This document shows, piece after piece, positions 1 to 12,979 of a stretch of DNA of 64,000 nucleotides. How positions within the stretch are numbered: position 1 is the stretch's first letter; the number at the start of each line of letters is the position of its first letter. A program made the translations under genes and the position numbers. The notes beneath the pieces are model-generated. The model worked only from the letters and a program-made list of their open reading frames with translations. It was not told where the DNA came from and searched no databases. This stretch comes from Octopus sinensis (Eukaryota), in assembly GCF_006345805.1 (NCBI RefSeq), contig NC_043022.1:24614001-24678000 (forward strand), in the 5' to 3' direction.

Positions 1-294
1 ATATACTGCATTAATATTTCTCGCACTTTTCATTGTGTTGTTGTTGCCTTTATTGAACTCATAAAGCAAAAATATGCTCCTTTGTCATTTCCATCATAGC
101 TTTGAAAAAATAACTGTTAAAATCAAACTGCACTCTTCAAAACTTGCACTAAGAATAAATACACGGTAAAATTACTACCTGCTTTTATAGCAAGTTGATG
201 CAAGTAGTTTATCCCGTCCCCCTCCAACTTTTAGTTTATGCAATTGAAAAGGGAGAGACACACACACACACACACCACACACACACACACATTA

Positions 295-454
295 GGCTTC
301 TATCAGTTCCTGCCTACCAAATCTACTTACAAAGGCTTTGGTCGGCCCAAGGCAATAATATAAGACACTAGCCTAAAGTACCATACAGTGGGGCTAAACC
401 CAGAACCATGTAGTTGGGAAGCAAACTTTTTACCACACAGCCACGCCTGTGCCT
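295..454 (-). mobile_element. SINE family A (tRNA-derived head), 5' fragment
   Basis: Matches the 5' half of the family seen full length at 10700-11094 and 31612-32017 (aaggctttggtcggccc...cttttaccacacagccac). Confidence 0.8.
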
Positions 455-562
455 ATCAGTTTTTTGGGGGTTTTTTTATGCTGACTGTAAGAGGCTAAAT
501 CTATAGTTGTAATTGTTGGCTGTTAAATATAAGGATTGGCATGCAAGACAAGCCAGTTTCAC

Positions 563-658
563 CTTACACACAGACACATCTTCACCACTAAGGTGGCTAC
601 TTTTACTCTGAGAGATGTCATCATCTATCACTGTATCTGTCACATTGTGTTTGTTTAA
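563..658 (-). other. Candidate small exon (LNKHNVTDTVIDDDISQSKSSHLSGEDVSVCK in phase 0)
   Basis: Acceptor cttcatttcag at 659-660. Possible donors AAG|gtgaaa (96 nt, frame-preserving) or |gtaagg (91 nt). No recognisable homology. Confidence 0.25.
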
Positions 659-1388
659 CTGAAATGAAGCTGTATTAGAACAGGAATTACATTCCACAAG
701 AAAATGGTCTAAAACGACTTCTAGGCACTTTGGTGCATTAATATGGCATCACACCAGACAAAGAAATGGAGAAATGGCTTGGGCTTGTATATCATCAATA
801 CAAGAAACAGCAGCCAAACTTCACTCAAATCATATTTTACCACCTTAACATATGGAAGAAAGCAGTGGTAGATGCAAATTATGGAATAAAAGATGTTATG
901 GTTATAGTAAGATTGGCTTTGAGAAGAGGTTTGTATGCTCTATTAGGGTTGACTCCGGGTTAAACAACAGCAGCAACAGTTATGATCATCGGCACAAGCA
1001 ACTGGTTGCAAAAGAAAAAAACAATTATTTTCACTAGAAGGGTGTTTTGTTTTTTTTTTTCTTTTTTTGACACGTTTTTCATTTTCTGCTTTGACTGACA
1101 AAACACAGCCCAGAGGAATGATACACAAACACTGATGCAACAAAGTCAAACAGGTGTATTGTACTACCAACTCAAAGGTGCTGAGTTCAATCCCACCTCA
1201 GGGATTTGATAGTGTACTGGAGCAGTAAATTTCGTTTCTTGCTTTTTATCTTCCAACCCTGGCCCACATAGGAATAAATACTCACACACACACTTACACA
1301 GAGCTCGCGCAAGCCTAACTCAAGACACACTTGGCGTCGTCCTATCCAAAGGAAAAATATTAATTTCTCACTCTCTCTCTCTCAATAC

Positions 1389-1453
1389 CGTGAAAACTGA
1401 GCTAAGAACTGGCACTCATGGGTCCCTCGGGGAGGCTGTGGCAGATATTTAAA
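1389..1453 (-). other. Candidate small exon (FKYLPQPPRGTHECQFLAQFS in phase 0)
   Basis: GC-richer unique island with a pyrimidine-rich acceptor ...ccgcccacctcag and donor CG|gtattg. Only one frame is open. Confidence 0.25.
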
Positions 1454-2206
1454 CTGAGGTGGGCGGATGGTTGTTTAAACAGAGAGAGAAACAAACATGC
1501 TTAAGCTATCAGCATCATCATCATTTTCGGAGTATTACAAAGTAGTTTCCTCAGTGGATTCACTTAATAAATGAGTTCTAATTTCAGAGAGACATCATCA
1601 CCACCACCACCACCACCACCATCAACAACAACAACAACTGCAGCAAAGCATTCATTATCAACAGAAGAGCTAAAGTCATCAGCTTCTGTCAGAACTGACA
1701 TTCCACACATTCAACTATCTCTCCCTCTCATCTAATATTCCACCATTCTCTACTGAAATTCCATCTTCATTCATCATTACCATCACAGTCGTCATCATCA
1801 GCCACAACGCCCCTCCCCGCCGCCTTCCAACTCACCCCAAGCCACCCTCCCATCATCATCCACATCATCATCGTCATCATCATCATCAATACCCCTACCA
1901 TTCTCATCGTTTTAGCATCAACTTTGCATGCTCTGTTAAAGGGGATATTTTATTGCTACAATAAAGCATCTAGTTATTGATTTCATCCTGGTGACTATTG
2001 CACCATAACACCATGTAGTCGGCAAAGTACAAAAGTGATGGTAACATCATAGCCACACTAACCCTTAACACTTTAACATTGTTTGTTGTGAGCTTTTCTA
2101 AACACTATTAAAAGATCCAGCAATATTTTCATTAACTCTCTTCTCACACTCTCTCTTTCTCTCTCTCCGTCTCTCTCCGTTCTGTGTAGAGTGGAACATC
2201 AATTGA

Positions 2207-2292
2207 TTAGCAACAGTTCAATATCGGTTTATGAGCCAATCTTGTTCTCTGTAGCCAAAAGTCATCATAAAATGGATCAACAGAGAAGAGAG
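2207..2292 (-). other. Candidate terminal exon (xLFSVDPFYDDFWLQRTRLAHKPILNCC* in phase 1)
   Basis: Strong acceptor attatttctttgttgcag followed by a short ORF to TAA. No homology established. Confidence 0.2.
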
Positions 2293-2329
2293 CTGCAACA
2301 AAGAAATAATAAAACACAGATACATGTGT

Positions 2330-2557
2330 ACACATAAATTCACATATGTACAAATATATACAAACACATGCATATATGGACACACACACCTATACACATA
2401 CAAATAAATATACATATATATATATATATATATATGCATATACACACATATACATATGCACGCACACACACATAATTACATACATACAAATATATATATA
2501 TATACATATACACACATATACATATGCACGCACACACACATAATTACATACATACAA

Positions 2558-2604
<47 letters not shown>

Positions 2605-2615
2605 TGTATGTATAT
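2330..2615. repeat. (TA)n/(CA)n compound microsatellite with an internal ~68-bp duplication
   Basis: Seen directly: catatacatatgcacgcacacacacataattacatacatacaaata occurs twice. Confidence 0.9.
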
Positions 2616-2669
2616 ATAAGTAAAAAACACAGACATGGATCCTGTACTGGGGTTTGGCAATAAGAATTA

Positions 2670-2887
2670 AGGCAGCAAGCTGGCAAAAACATTAGCATGC
2701 CAGGCAAAACGCTTAGCACTATTTCGTCTGACTTTATGTTCTGAGTTCAAATTCTGCCGAGGTCAACTTTGCCTTTCATCCTTTCGGGGGTTGATAAATT
2801 AAGAACCATTTGTGTACTAGGGTTGATCTAATCAACCGGCCCCCTCCTCCAAAATTTCGGGCTCTGTGCCTAGAGTAGAAAAGAATA
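2670..2887 (+). mobile_element. SINE family B (tRNA-like head plus Meta-like central domain)
   Basis: ggcagcaagctggca...gagttcaaattc (box B-like), then gtcaactttgcctttcatcctttcgggg..gataaattaag. Confidence 0.85.
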
Positions 2888-3120
2888 AGATTTTGAGTTG
2901 CTTGTTCAGCTCCACAAACCCCTTATTGGTTTATAAGAGATTGAGTATTCTCAGCTTGTTTACAAAAAATCCAAACACCATCAGCCTGACGCTTAGGCTG
3001 GACCTCATCATTGTGATGCAAATCTGTATATACATATGGATGCATAATATGCACATGTGCACACACACGAATATATGATGCATAATAAATAGAGGAATAG
3101 GTGTGGTGATGTAATAAGAA

Positions 3121-3333
3121 GGCGGTGAGCTGGCAGAAGTGTTAGCATGCTGGGCAAAATGCTTAGCAGTATTTAGTTTGCCTTTACGTTCTGAGTTCAA
3201 ATTCCACCGAGGTCGACTTTGTCTTTCATCCTTTCGGGGTCGATAAATTAAGTACCAGTTATGCACTGGGGTTGATGTAATCAACTTAATCCCTTTGTCT
3301 GTCCTTGTTTGTCCCCTTGTGGGCAATAAAGAA
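3121..3333 (+). mobile_element. SINE family B
   Basis: ggcggtgagctggcagaa...gtcgactttgtctttcatcctttcggggtcgataaattaagtaccag...ccccttgtgggcaataaag tail. Confidence 0.9.
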
Positions 3334-3337
3334 AAAA

Positions 3338-3643
3338 AAGTTTGCTTCCCAGTCACATGGCTCCAGGTTCAATCCCTGTGTGACACCCAAGGCAAGTGTC
3401 TTCTACTACAGCCCTGGGCCAACCAAAGCCTTATAAGTAGATTTGGAAGATAGAAACTGAAAGAAGCACATAGTGTTTGTGTGTATATATGTATGTGTAT
3501 ATACATGTGTTGTTTCCATAATGGTTCAGAGACCAACAGAATAAGCACTGTAGTTAAAAATAAAATAAGCATTGGTGTTGTTTGACTAAGTCCTTGGCAA
3601 TGCTCCAGCATGGCCACAGTCCAATGACTGAAACAAGTAAAAG
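3338..3643 (+). mobile_element. SINE family A
   Basis: ggttcaatccc box B, gcaagtgtcttctacta, and 3' end gctccagcatggccacagtccaatgactgaaacaagtaaaaga. Confidence 0.85.
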
Positions 3644-3872
3644 ATAAACAAATATAATAGATATGCTCAGTTAATGGATATTGTGGCCATGTTAGGGCAT
3701 TAACCTCAATGATTTTAATTGAACACGTCAATCTTTGCATGTATTTACATGCACACAAACATGAACAAATATATGGTACAGACTCATAAATGTTAATATA
3801 TACCATAAAGACCAAACACAACCATAACCCCATCAAAATAAACAGCACACTATGAATGACTCCAACTTGTTA

Positions 3873-3911
<39 letters not shown>

Positions 3912-4313
3912 GTTGGGAGAAAGGTAAGGAGGGAAGAGAACCAAGCTAAGTTAATAATCAGTTTCCATCAATAGGCCTTCTACTTTAAAACCCCTTCACC
4001 AAATAGATGAACAGAGTGATATTTGACCCATTTGCACCTCGCCGCATGAAGGGAGCAACATTTGACCCCTTTAGCTTTCAATACCCTGTCAAATGTACTG
4101 CTTATTTATTTATTCACATTGTCTTGAATAATCATGTAATGTATTACCTCATAGCTTTGAGATTTCAAATGATATATTAGTTTTATTTTTAGAATGAACA
4201 TCGTAGGGTAGGTGTGAGAGACCAGATCTGGCCAGTTGAATATTAACCTCTTTAATACTAACTACCCTTGGTTCTATGATACAAACTTTCTGTTTTAAAG
4301 TCATGTAAATTAA

Positions 4314-4533
4314 TCCTTTAGTTACTGTTTTTATTTTGAGATGCTCTGTGTTTCTTTCAATTACTTTCAATATAACAAAGAATTTAGTAAAATAACTTAG
4401 TTATCATTCAGCTAGTGATAGGAACATAAATTGTGACTAAGGTTTGGTGGAAGATTTTAATTCAAAACTTATGAAAATGAGACATTTGCACACAGAGCCA
4501 GAGTCGGTTTCAGCCGGGCTGGTAACGAAAGGG
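4314..4533. mobile_element. piggyBac-type (TTAA) MITE family 1, nested in an older TTAA element
   Basis: TTAA at 4310-4313 and 4534-4537, with terminal inverted repeats tcctttagttac / gtaacgaaaggg. Same ~220-bp body at 27166, 47408 and 55962. Confidence 0.85.
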
Positions 4534-4886
4534 TTAAAACCCTCAAAAACCCCCCCATCAAAATTTCATGTTATGTCTCAAACACTAGTTATTTTATTAA
4601 ATTCCTCATTATTCTCAATATTAATTAAAACAAATGCAGTGGATTCAGAAGTGTTAAACAGAATATTTGTGCTAGACATGTCCAGTTCAAATACTAAACA
4701 GTTAAGCTGATTAGATATGTATCACAATGATTTCAAGAATGAATACACCAGTTATTTGATCATCAGAACTACCTACATATTATACCTTAGTGAGTTAGTT
4801 TGACTGAGTAACCTTAAATTTAAACCACAGGTAAACTCAACATGACACAAGGATGTTGGACTTCAGAATTACAATTACAGTCCATG

Positions 4887-5110
4887 CAGCTGGCAGAATC
4901 GTTAGATCGCTGGACGAAATGCTTAGCGGTATTTCGCCCGTCGCTACGTTCTGAGTTCAAATTCCGCCGAGGTCGACTTTGCCTTTCATCCTTTCGGGGT
5001 CGATAAATAAAGTACCAGTTCTGCACTGGGGTCGATGTAATCGACTTAATCCGTTTGTCTGTCCTTGTTTGTCCTCTCTATGTTTAGCCCCTTGTGGGCA
5101 ATAAAGAAAT
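4887..5110 (+). mobile_element. SINE family B
   Basis: Near-consensus copy ending tgtttagccccttgtgggcaataaagaaat. Confidence 0.9.
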
Positions 5111-5656
5111 ATATATTAATTATAGTGGAGCCGGTTGAGTATTCCATTAACACGAACTGCAGGCTGACTCCAATATGGCACCAGATGTGACAAGACTAGT
5201 CCTTTGATTCGTGGGTGCAATCAAATTCACTTACCTAATTTCACTGACAAAAACTGCGGACATCCCTAAGTTTATGACAGAAGACTAAGCAGAGAGAACG
5301 AAACCAGCACCTCATGGCTGTGAGGCAAACTTTTTCACTATTCAGGACATTGCACACACACACACACACACACACACACCACACACACACACACACAGAG
5401 TGTCTTTGGTGCAGCTTAAGTAGTACATGAAAGTGGAGATAAAGAGGGAGCAGAGTACTAGTCAAGAGTTAGCTACTTGGTGGTTATTGTACAGCAGGTT
5501 TTGTTGTTCTCATTTTTAAGATAATACATGACAGGTCATTAAATAAAGAAAGAGGATAACAAGCTACACATGTTACTGTTACATGTATATATACACACAC
5601 TTACAAATCAGCACAATGATTAACAGAGAGGAAAAAGATTATATATATATATATAT

Positions 5657-6039
5657 ACTCTTTACTCTTTTACTTGTTTCAGTCATTTGACTGCGGCCAT
5701 GCTGGAGCACCGCCTTTAGTCGAGCAAATCGACCCCGGGACTTATTCTTTGTAAGCCCAGTACTTATTCTATCGGTCTCTTTTGCCGAACTGCTAAGAGA
5801 CGGGGACGTAAACACACCAGCATCGGTTGTCAAGCGATGTTGGGAGGACAAACACAGACACACACACATACATACATACATATATATATATATATGACGG
5901 ACTCCTTTCAGTTTCCGTCTACCAAATCCACTCACAAGGCTTTGGTCAGCCCAAGGCTATAGTACAAGACACTTGCCGAAGATGCCACGCAGTGGGACTG
6001 AACCCGGAACCATGTGGTTTGTAAGCAAGCTACTTACCA
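5657..6039 (-). mobile_element. SINE family A
   Basis: Near full length, with an internal (CA)(TA) tract and an (actctttt)n tail. Confidence 0.9.
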
Positions 6040-6894
6040 TGATCAATTCAAAACAATGTGAATAAATAAGCATTACATTTGACAAATTTGACAAATACCA
6101 ATGCTAAATAAAGTGTTAAAAATTGTTCCAGCATTGGCCATCAGAGCCAGTGTATTTAACACTACAATACAAAAATGGGTCTTCCTGTTTTATAATAGAT
6201 TTCAAGAGGGATTTATTTGCTATTTCTAACAAGTCGAGCATCTACACACAGGATTTTTTATTGGTTCTTGGTCATGGCTGTAGTGATGGAAGGTCCCAGT
6301 GGCAGCAGTTAAACTAAGGAACACCTTGAAGCTAAGCAAATAGGTCAGATCTGAAAGCATTGGACCTCAACCGAAGAAAAGAAACCACGAAGGACAGAGA
6401 CACCAAGACAAACGCTGAATCGCACATACATGTTTATATGGAGGCAGATTAAATAAAACGAGGACGACATTAATAATAATGATGATGATGATGATGATGA
6501 TGATGATAATAATAATAAGAACACTGAAATATGACAGGAAACCCATCATTACAAAATAAAACAAACAAAAAGACTGAAAACACAAAATATTATTATCTGA
6601 AGAAGAAAAAAATGTTTTTAATTTATTTTTTGATTTGCTTCCGTTTTTTTTTCGTTGTTGTTGTTTGTTTTTACTTTTCCTTTTGTTTATGTTATTTGAT
6701 TTGTTTCCTTCCTTTTTTGTTTGTTTTGTTTTGTTTCTTTTTTTAACAAAGAAAATCATTATCTTGATTATTCACTATATATCAGTGTTTATTTGTATGT
6801 TCTCACACATACTGATCAAAACACAACACACACACACACACACATGTATGCGTGTGTCAGTCGTGTATGAAATGAAATATACAAATACACTCAT

Positions 6895-6991
6895 GTGTAT
6901 GTATATACACACACACTCACACATGTATGTATATGTGTGTGACTCATGTATATGAAATGCACATACTCATGTGTGTATGTGTGTATGTATG

Positions 6992-7025
<34 letters not shown>

Positions 7026-7370
7026 TATATATATATACACATATATATATACACATATATATATACACACATATATATATACACACACACATATATATAT
7101 ATGTCCATACACATATCATGCCATACATATATACATGTATATATATATATATATACATACATATATATGTGTATATATACATAATATATGTGTATATATA
7201 TACATCATATATATGTGTATATATATACATCATATATATATATATATATAATATAAAATATATATATATATATATATATATACATACACATATGCATATA
7301 GATATATACATGTATGTATATACACACACACAGACACACACCCACATGTATATGCACACACACACACACA
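6895..7370. repeat. Long (TA)n/(CA)n microsatellite block
   Basis: Seen directly; it is the source of many spurious YI/HT ORFs. Confidence 0.95.
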
Positions 7371-7769
7371 GCAGTGTAACATAAAATATTGGCAGCAACT
7401 ATTTCCCAGTGAATAAAGAGACAATGCAATCAACTTCAACATTTGATTTATCAATAATGTAACTTCCAATTGATTTCAAGTAACCATTATTGAGTAGTGG
7501 TGGGAGAGAGAGAAAGAGAAAAGAGAGAAAAGAGAGAAAGAGAGTGTAAGGGGGAGAGGGGAAATGAAGGGTGGAGGAGGACAGAACTTGTCAAATTAGA
7601 TAAAAATTAATGAGTCACAAAGAGATCTACAGAAAACAATAGGTTTTCAGCCTATCTTCTTTAGTGTGGTGTCAAGGGTCAGCTATATAAATATCATAAT
7701 AAGCAACATACAGGCTTCAATAACAACAACAGTAAAATATGAACCTTCTAAGACATCAAAAAACAAAGA

Positions 7770-8035
7770 GTGGAGAGAGAGAGAGAAAGAGAGAGGGGGA
7801 GGGAGAGGGAGAGAGGGAGAGAGGAGAGAGAGAGAGAGAGAGATACAGAGACAGATAGACAGAGAGGGGAGACAAGAAGAAGAAGAAGAAGAAGAAGAAG
7901 GGACAGATAGACAGAGAGGGAAGAGAAGAAGAAGAGACAGATAGACAGAGAGGAGAAGAAGAAGAAGAAGGGACAGATAGACAGAGGGAAGAGATAAAAA
8001 GTAGAAGAAGAAGAAAAGGAAAAAGAGAGAAAGAG
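7770..8035. repeat. Purine-rich compound repeat (GA)n/(GAA)n with a recurring gacagatagacagag unit
   Basis: The unit occurs four times, separated by GAA tracts. Confidence 0.9.
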
Positions 8036-8374
8036 TGGGTGAGCAGTGCCATGCATCCCCACAGCCCGTCCCACTGTGGCTCCCTTTCCTCTCGTAACAT
8101 TCATACATACATACACAATGAATAAATAATTTATTTTACTGTTAATATTAATTCCAACAAGAGTTCATATTTCTCACCTAATTGAACACAGAGCAGAGAA
8201 ATGGATAGAGCAGTGGTAGTGGTGGTGGTGGTAGTGAGAATGTATGTGTGTGATTCTGTGTGGTGTGTGGGTTTTATTTATTTTTTGCTGTTGCAAGCTT
8301 AGCTAAAATATCTATGTGAAAGAAACAGAGTAAACACACAATAGGGAGGAAATTAGATAAAAAGAGACCAGGAC

Positions 8375-8419
<45 letters not shown>

Positions 8420-9422
8420 TAATAATAGCACCACCACCAACAACTGCAACAACAAGAATGAATCACATAAACAAGAAGGAACAATAACAAAAGAAAAAAA
8501 CCACCCTAAAATGTATAGACAGCAAAATTTATAGGCCGGCAAATTAGATTTACTCTTGAATGGTGGTGCTGTCTATAAGTGTGTGTGCATACATGTGTGT
8601 GACTAAAACCTTGCATGTGTGTGTGTGTGTTGTACATATATATATATGCATGTGTGTGTGTGTGTGTACACATATACATATATATATGTATATATGCATG
8701 TGTGTAAATATCAATGTATAATTTGAATGTATAAGTATATATTATATAAATGTGTGGTGTGTGTGTGTGTGTGTGTGTGTGTGCAGCTGGTGTTTGTATT
8801 GAAGATACGTGGGTACGTCTGTGTTTTTGCATTTATAATTATTATATGCCTGTTCTGTAAGCATGTGCATGTGTATATGCAAAAAGATGTGCGTTTGTGT
8901 TTATGAAATGTAAACTTGGGTGTGTGTGCGTGTATGTGTGTTGTGTGTATGTGAGTGTAAATGTACTTCAATGTATGAGCATGTACATGTAGGAATATAC
9001 GCAAGTATAAGAATGCCTATGCACGTGTGTGTGTGTGTGTGTGTGTGTGCATGTGTTATGTGAGTGTTAAACATGTGCACAAGGAGCTAGTAATTTCATG
9101 AAATGTTAATAGCTGAATCAGTGACAGGAATGAGTGTACAAGCAAAATAAATAAAAATAAGAATGACAATGATGATGATGATGATGATGATGATAATAAT
9201 AATGATAATGATAATAATAATGATGATAATTAATATAAATAAATATGTAACAAATAAACAAACAAATAAACTCCAAAACCTTGATGAGCTTTATCAAATT
9301 AATTACATTGTCCATCTTCTTTTGTTATTTTCTGAATCAGTTAACTGAATATTTCATTGATGTTGTTACTATAGCTAAAACAACACCAGTATCATCATTG
9401 CAAGGAAAGGAGAAAAAATAAT

Positions 9423-9456
<34 letters not shown>

Positions 9457-9459
9457 CTC

Positions 9460-9875
9460 TCTCTATATAAACGGCAGTTTGTCTGTGCGTGTTTCTGTGT
9501 GTCTGTTAGGTTGTACCCTCACCCTGACCACGGCTTTCAACCGATTATGATGAAACTTGACACACACATAGCCCAATGTCATAATTCAAAACTAAACAGA
9601 TTCAGAAAACGAACTAGCCCAATGTCATAATTCAAAACTAACGCAGCGAAAATTTTGAAAAGTTCCCCCAGTTCTGAAAAAAATCGATAAATTCGACATG
9701 GGGTCGAGAAACAGAAACACAAACTGTCTAGGGGACGCAACTCCGCCTTTTTTAACTAAAAAAAATTTGCCATCATTTTTTTCCATTTTTTTGCTATTTT
9801 TTGGCTATAACTCTCTAAAAATGCTTTATAGTTATTTCCCTTACAAACCTGAGCAACGCCGGGCGATACTGCTAG
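9460..9875 (+). mobile_element. Non-autonomous Helitron
   Basis: 5' TC start in a TA tract, subterminal GC-rich hairpin cctgagcaacgccggg, and 3' CTAG followed by T. Second copy at 21863-22245. Confidence 0.8.
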
Positions 9876-9930
<55 letters not shown>

Positions 9931-10699
9931 GTTGTTATGATTTTCAAACACTATGAAGAAAATTAATCTTCAATCAATAATTCCCTATTGTGTATCAGCA
10001 AAGGGTACAATGTAACTGTTGTTGTTGTTAAGTAGGTAAGGGTCACCTCCAGGAGAAGTTGGGTAGCCAGTTGAATGAAATGGAACAGGCCACAGGTCTT
10101 TACATCCAGGATGTGTGGTATACAGGGACTTCAATGGATCTACACCCCACACCTATTTACATTCCCAGGCCCTGTCAGTTCTGGAAAGGCAGGAGCTTAT
10201 AGCACATCTATTCAGGTATACAGCCTATACCATGTGTGTTCCTGCAAAAAAGGACTGAAGGGTTTGGGTAACAGGAAGGGCACTGGTTAGTAAACCCTGC
10301 CTCAGAAAAACAAGGATAAAATTGCTGCTGCACATAAGTTCTTCAGCCTGTCCTGGAGGCAAACTAGCAATAAAAGTTCATATCAGGCCTGTTTAGATGC
10401 TATTTAGTCTGTTCTGAGAACTTGTTTAAGACATCCCTTTTTCTTTATTATTTTTTAGCCAGTGAGAAAGGCAATGCCCATAATCCATTTCAGGATTTCG
10501 AAGACTGATAAGAAGAAGCATCAACGAAGAAACAACGAAGACATACACACACACACATATATATACACATACATATATATGAGAGGCTTTGAGAAGCAAA
10601 CTTTTACCACATAGCCATAACTGCACCTATAAAAAAAATACTGAAGCACCTGCACTATATAAAAATTCATTCAAACAATAGAAAAACCATTAACTATCT

Positions 10700-11094
10700 A
10701 CTCTTTTACTCTTTTACTTGTTTCAGTCATTTGACTGTGGCCATGCTGGAGCACCGCCTTTAATCGAGCAACTCGACCCCGGGACTTATTCTTTTGTAAG
10801 CCCAGTACTTATTCTATCGGTCTCTTTTGCTGAACCGTTAAGTGACAGGGACGTAAACACACCAGCATCGGTTGTCATGCAATGCTAGGGGGACAAACAC
10901 AGACACACATTTATATATATATACATATACACGACAGGCTTCTTTAAATTTCCGTCTACCAAATCCACTCACAAGGCATTGGTCGGCCTGGGGCTATAGC
11001 AGAAGACACTTGCCCAAGATGCCACGCAGTGGGACTGAACCTGGAACCATGTGGCTGGTTAGCAAGCTACTTACCACACAGCCACTCCTGCGCC
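10700..11094 (-). mobile_element. SINE family A, full length
   Basis: On the minus strand it begins ggcgcaggagtggctgtgtggtaag (box A-like) with ggttcagtccc (box B-like), and ends in an (aaaagagt)n tail. Confidence 0.92.
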
Positions 11095-11884
11095 TATCTC
11101 TTTAATAAATAAAACACAATTATCAAGTTATTTAGAAGCTTGATTTATATTTTCACATTTTTTCAAATATAATTCTTGTAATTTTTGCTGTGCCACTATT
11201 ATGCTGCCATATATTATTTGGTAATCACTGGTTCCACATTCTATCCAACACGCAATGCTCATCTATGTGTGGTGACATAGAAAGAAAGCCACCAACACAT
11301 GGTGTATATATTTGCATATCTGGTGTGTTCTTTGTCAGTTTGTATGATATATATTTTTTATGTGCATATATAGACACACACACACACACATGCAAGCGCA
11401 GTGCCACACAATACTACCCGCAAGCGCAAGTTCACTGAAGCGTTATCATAATCCGTGTACTTAGGTAAACATGATTAGACAGTGTCAAATGTGCCTGCAC
11501 CCTAAGCACAGCCCCCATCCCAACCACAAGCACGCCTGCAACATGATCTAGCCGCAAAAATATTTACTACAGAAATATATTGATACCAATACTACTACTA
11601 CTACTGCTACTACTACTACTACTACTGCTGCTACTACTAGAAGGCTGAGAAATACCTCAGTGGTATTTTGAGCTCAGAAGTTAAAGAGTTGGAAGAACTA
11701 TTGCAAACAGGATTTTGGAGGTGGGGCAGGATTTCCTTGACTGTTTTGGTCACCGTTTTTTTACAACAGGGACATTTTTTTTGAACAGGCTCTGACCTGG
11801 GGTTAAACAACAACAAGAAAAGGAGAAACTTCTTTTTGAATATAGAATTACTATGGAAACAGAGTTTGTCAAGAGCCATCATCA

Positions 11885-11978
11885 TCAAACGGCTGTCTTG
11901 ATATTTAGACTAAGAGCTGTCTCTTCCCCCAGAGAAACTTGGTTGTTGGCAGAGGAACAACAGAAGCACCCACCTGAC
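11885..11978 (-). other. Candidate terminal exon (...GGCFCCSSANNQVSLGEETALSLNIKTAV*)
   Basis: Acceptor cacttctccgttgcag, with a second AG 5 nt downstream. The ORF ends in three consecutive in-frame TGA stops and has a Cys cluster and a T-x-V C-terminus. Confidence 0.3.
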
Positions 11979-12149
11979 CTGCAACGGAGAAGTGATTTGT
12001 TTGTTTTATAATGTCTCCATCCCCACCCCCACCACCAACCACTGCCACCACCACTGTCACCAAGTAGAGTTGGAGTCTAAGAATTATGTGCCATAAGATG
12101 AAAAAGCAGGAAGGTCTAGGGCAGTGTTTTCCAACCTATCTTCCCCCAG

Positions 12150-12564
12150 GTCCCGGGTTCAGTCCTATTGCATGGCACTTGGGGCAAGTGTTTTCTATTA
12201 TAGCTTTGGGACGACCAAATCCTTATGAGTGAATTTGGTAGACGGAAACTGAAAGAAGCCCATTGTATATATATCTATATATACCTAAGTGTATGTGTCT
12301 TTGTGTATGTGCTTGTCCCACTACCACCACCAGTGTTGGTGTGTTTATGTCCCTGTAACTTAGCATTTCAGCTAAGAGATCAACAGAATAAGCACCAGAC
12401 TTAATTCATTTGACTAAAAAATTTTCAAAGGTTATTTGCATAGCTGTTTGATATAAAACTGTTTGTATATAACTGTTTATGCAAATAAAGATCTCACATA
12501 GCATGTTATATGTGAAAGATAGGTGTAACATGACTACAGTCTACTGACTGAAATAAGTAAAAGA
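12150..12564 (+). mobile_element. SINE family A, diverged, interrupted by a templated insertion
   Basis: SINE sequence stops at ~12428 and resumes at ~12521. Confidence 0.8.
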
Positions 12565-12979
12565 ATTACTTAATACAAAATAATCAACAGGTAAACTCTT
12601 GCATCAAGTACTGAGTACAAATACTGAGTACAAAAAGTACATTATTGACTAAGAAAAAAAAATTAATCTCTTTAATGTGAACCTCGTGCCTGGCGACTAT
12701 GGCACCACGCCCCACTGGTGGGGCATATGCCCTAAATCAGGACTCCCTTATCTAGGCAATAGATCAAATTAAGAGTGAAAGTAGGAAGATATTTCATTTA
12801 ATCCAAAGATTTTGATTAAAAAATAAGATAGAAACAGGAAACAAAAATTGTTAAAAGCAGCAAATAAATAAACAACATAAAAACAGAAACATCACTGAAA
12901 ACTATGCAGTTTTTCTTTAATCAGATTAAAAAATACCTTGGGACTAAAAATTTATCAAAAGGTTATTTATTATTCGAGT

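Noticed and set aside
11637-11888. 83-aa ORF with CPCC (zinc-finger-like)
   Set aside because: It has no domain pattern, includes ttgttgtttaaccccaggtcag sequence that looks repeat-derived, and its Met run is a (TGA)n microsatellite.
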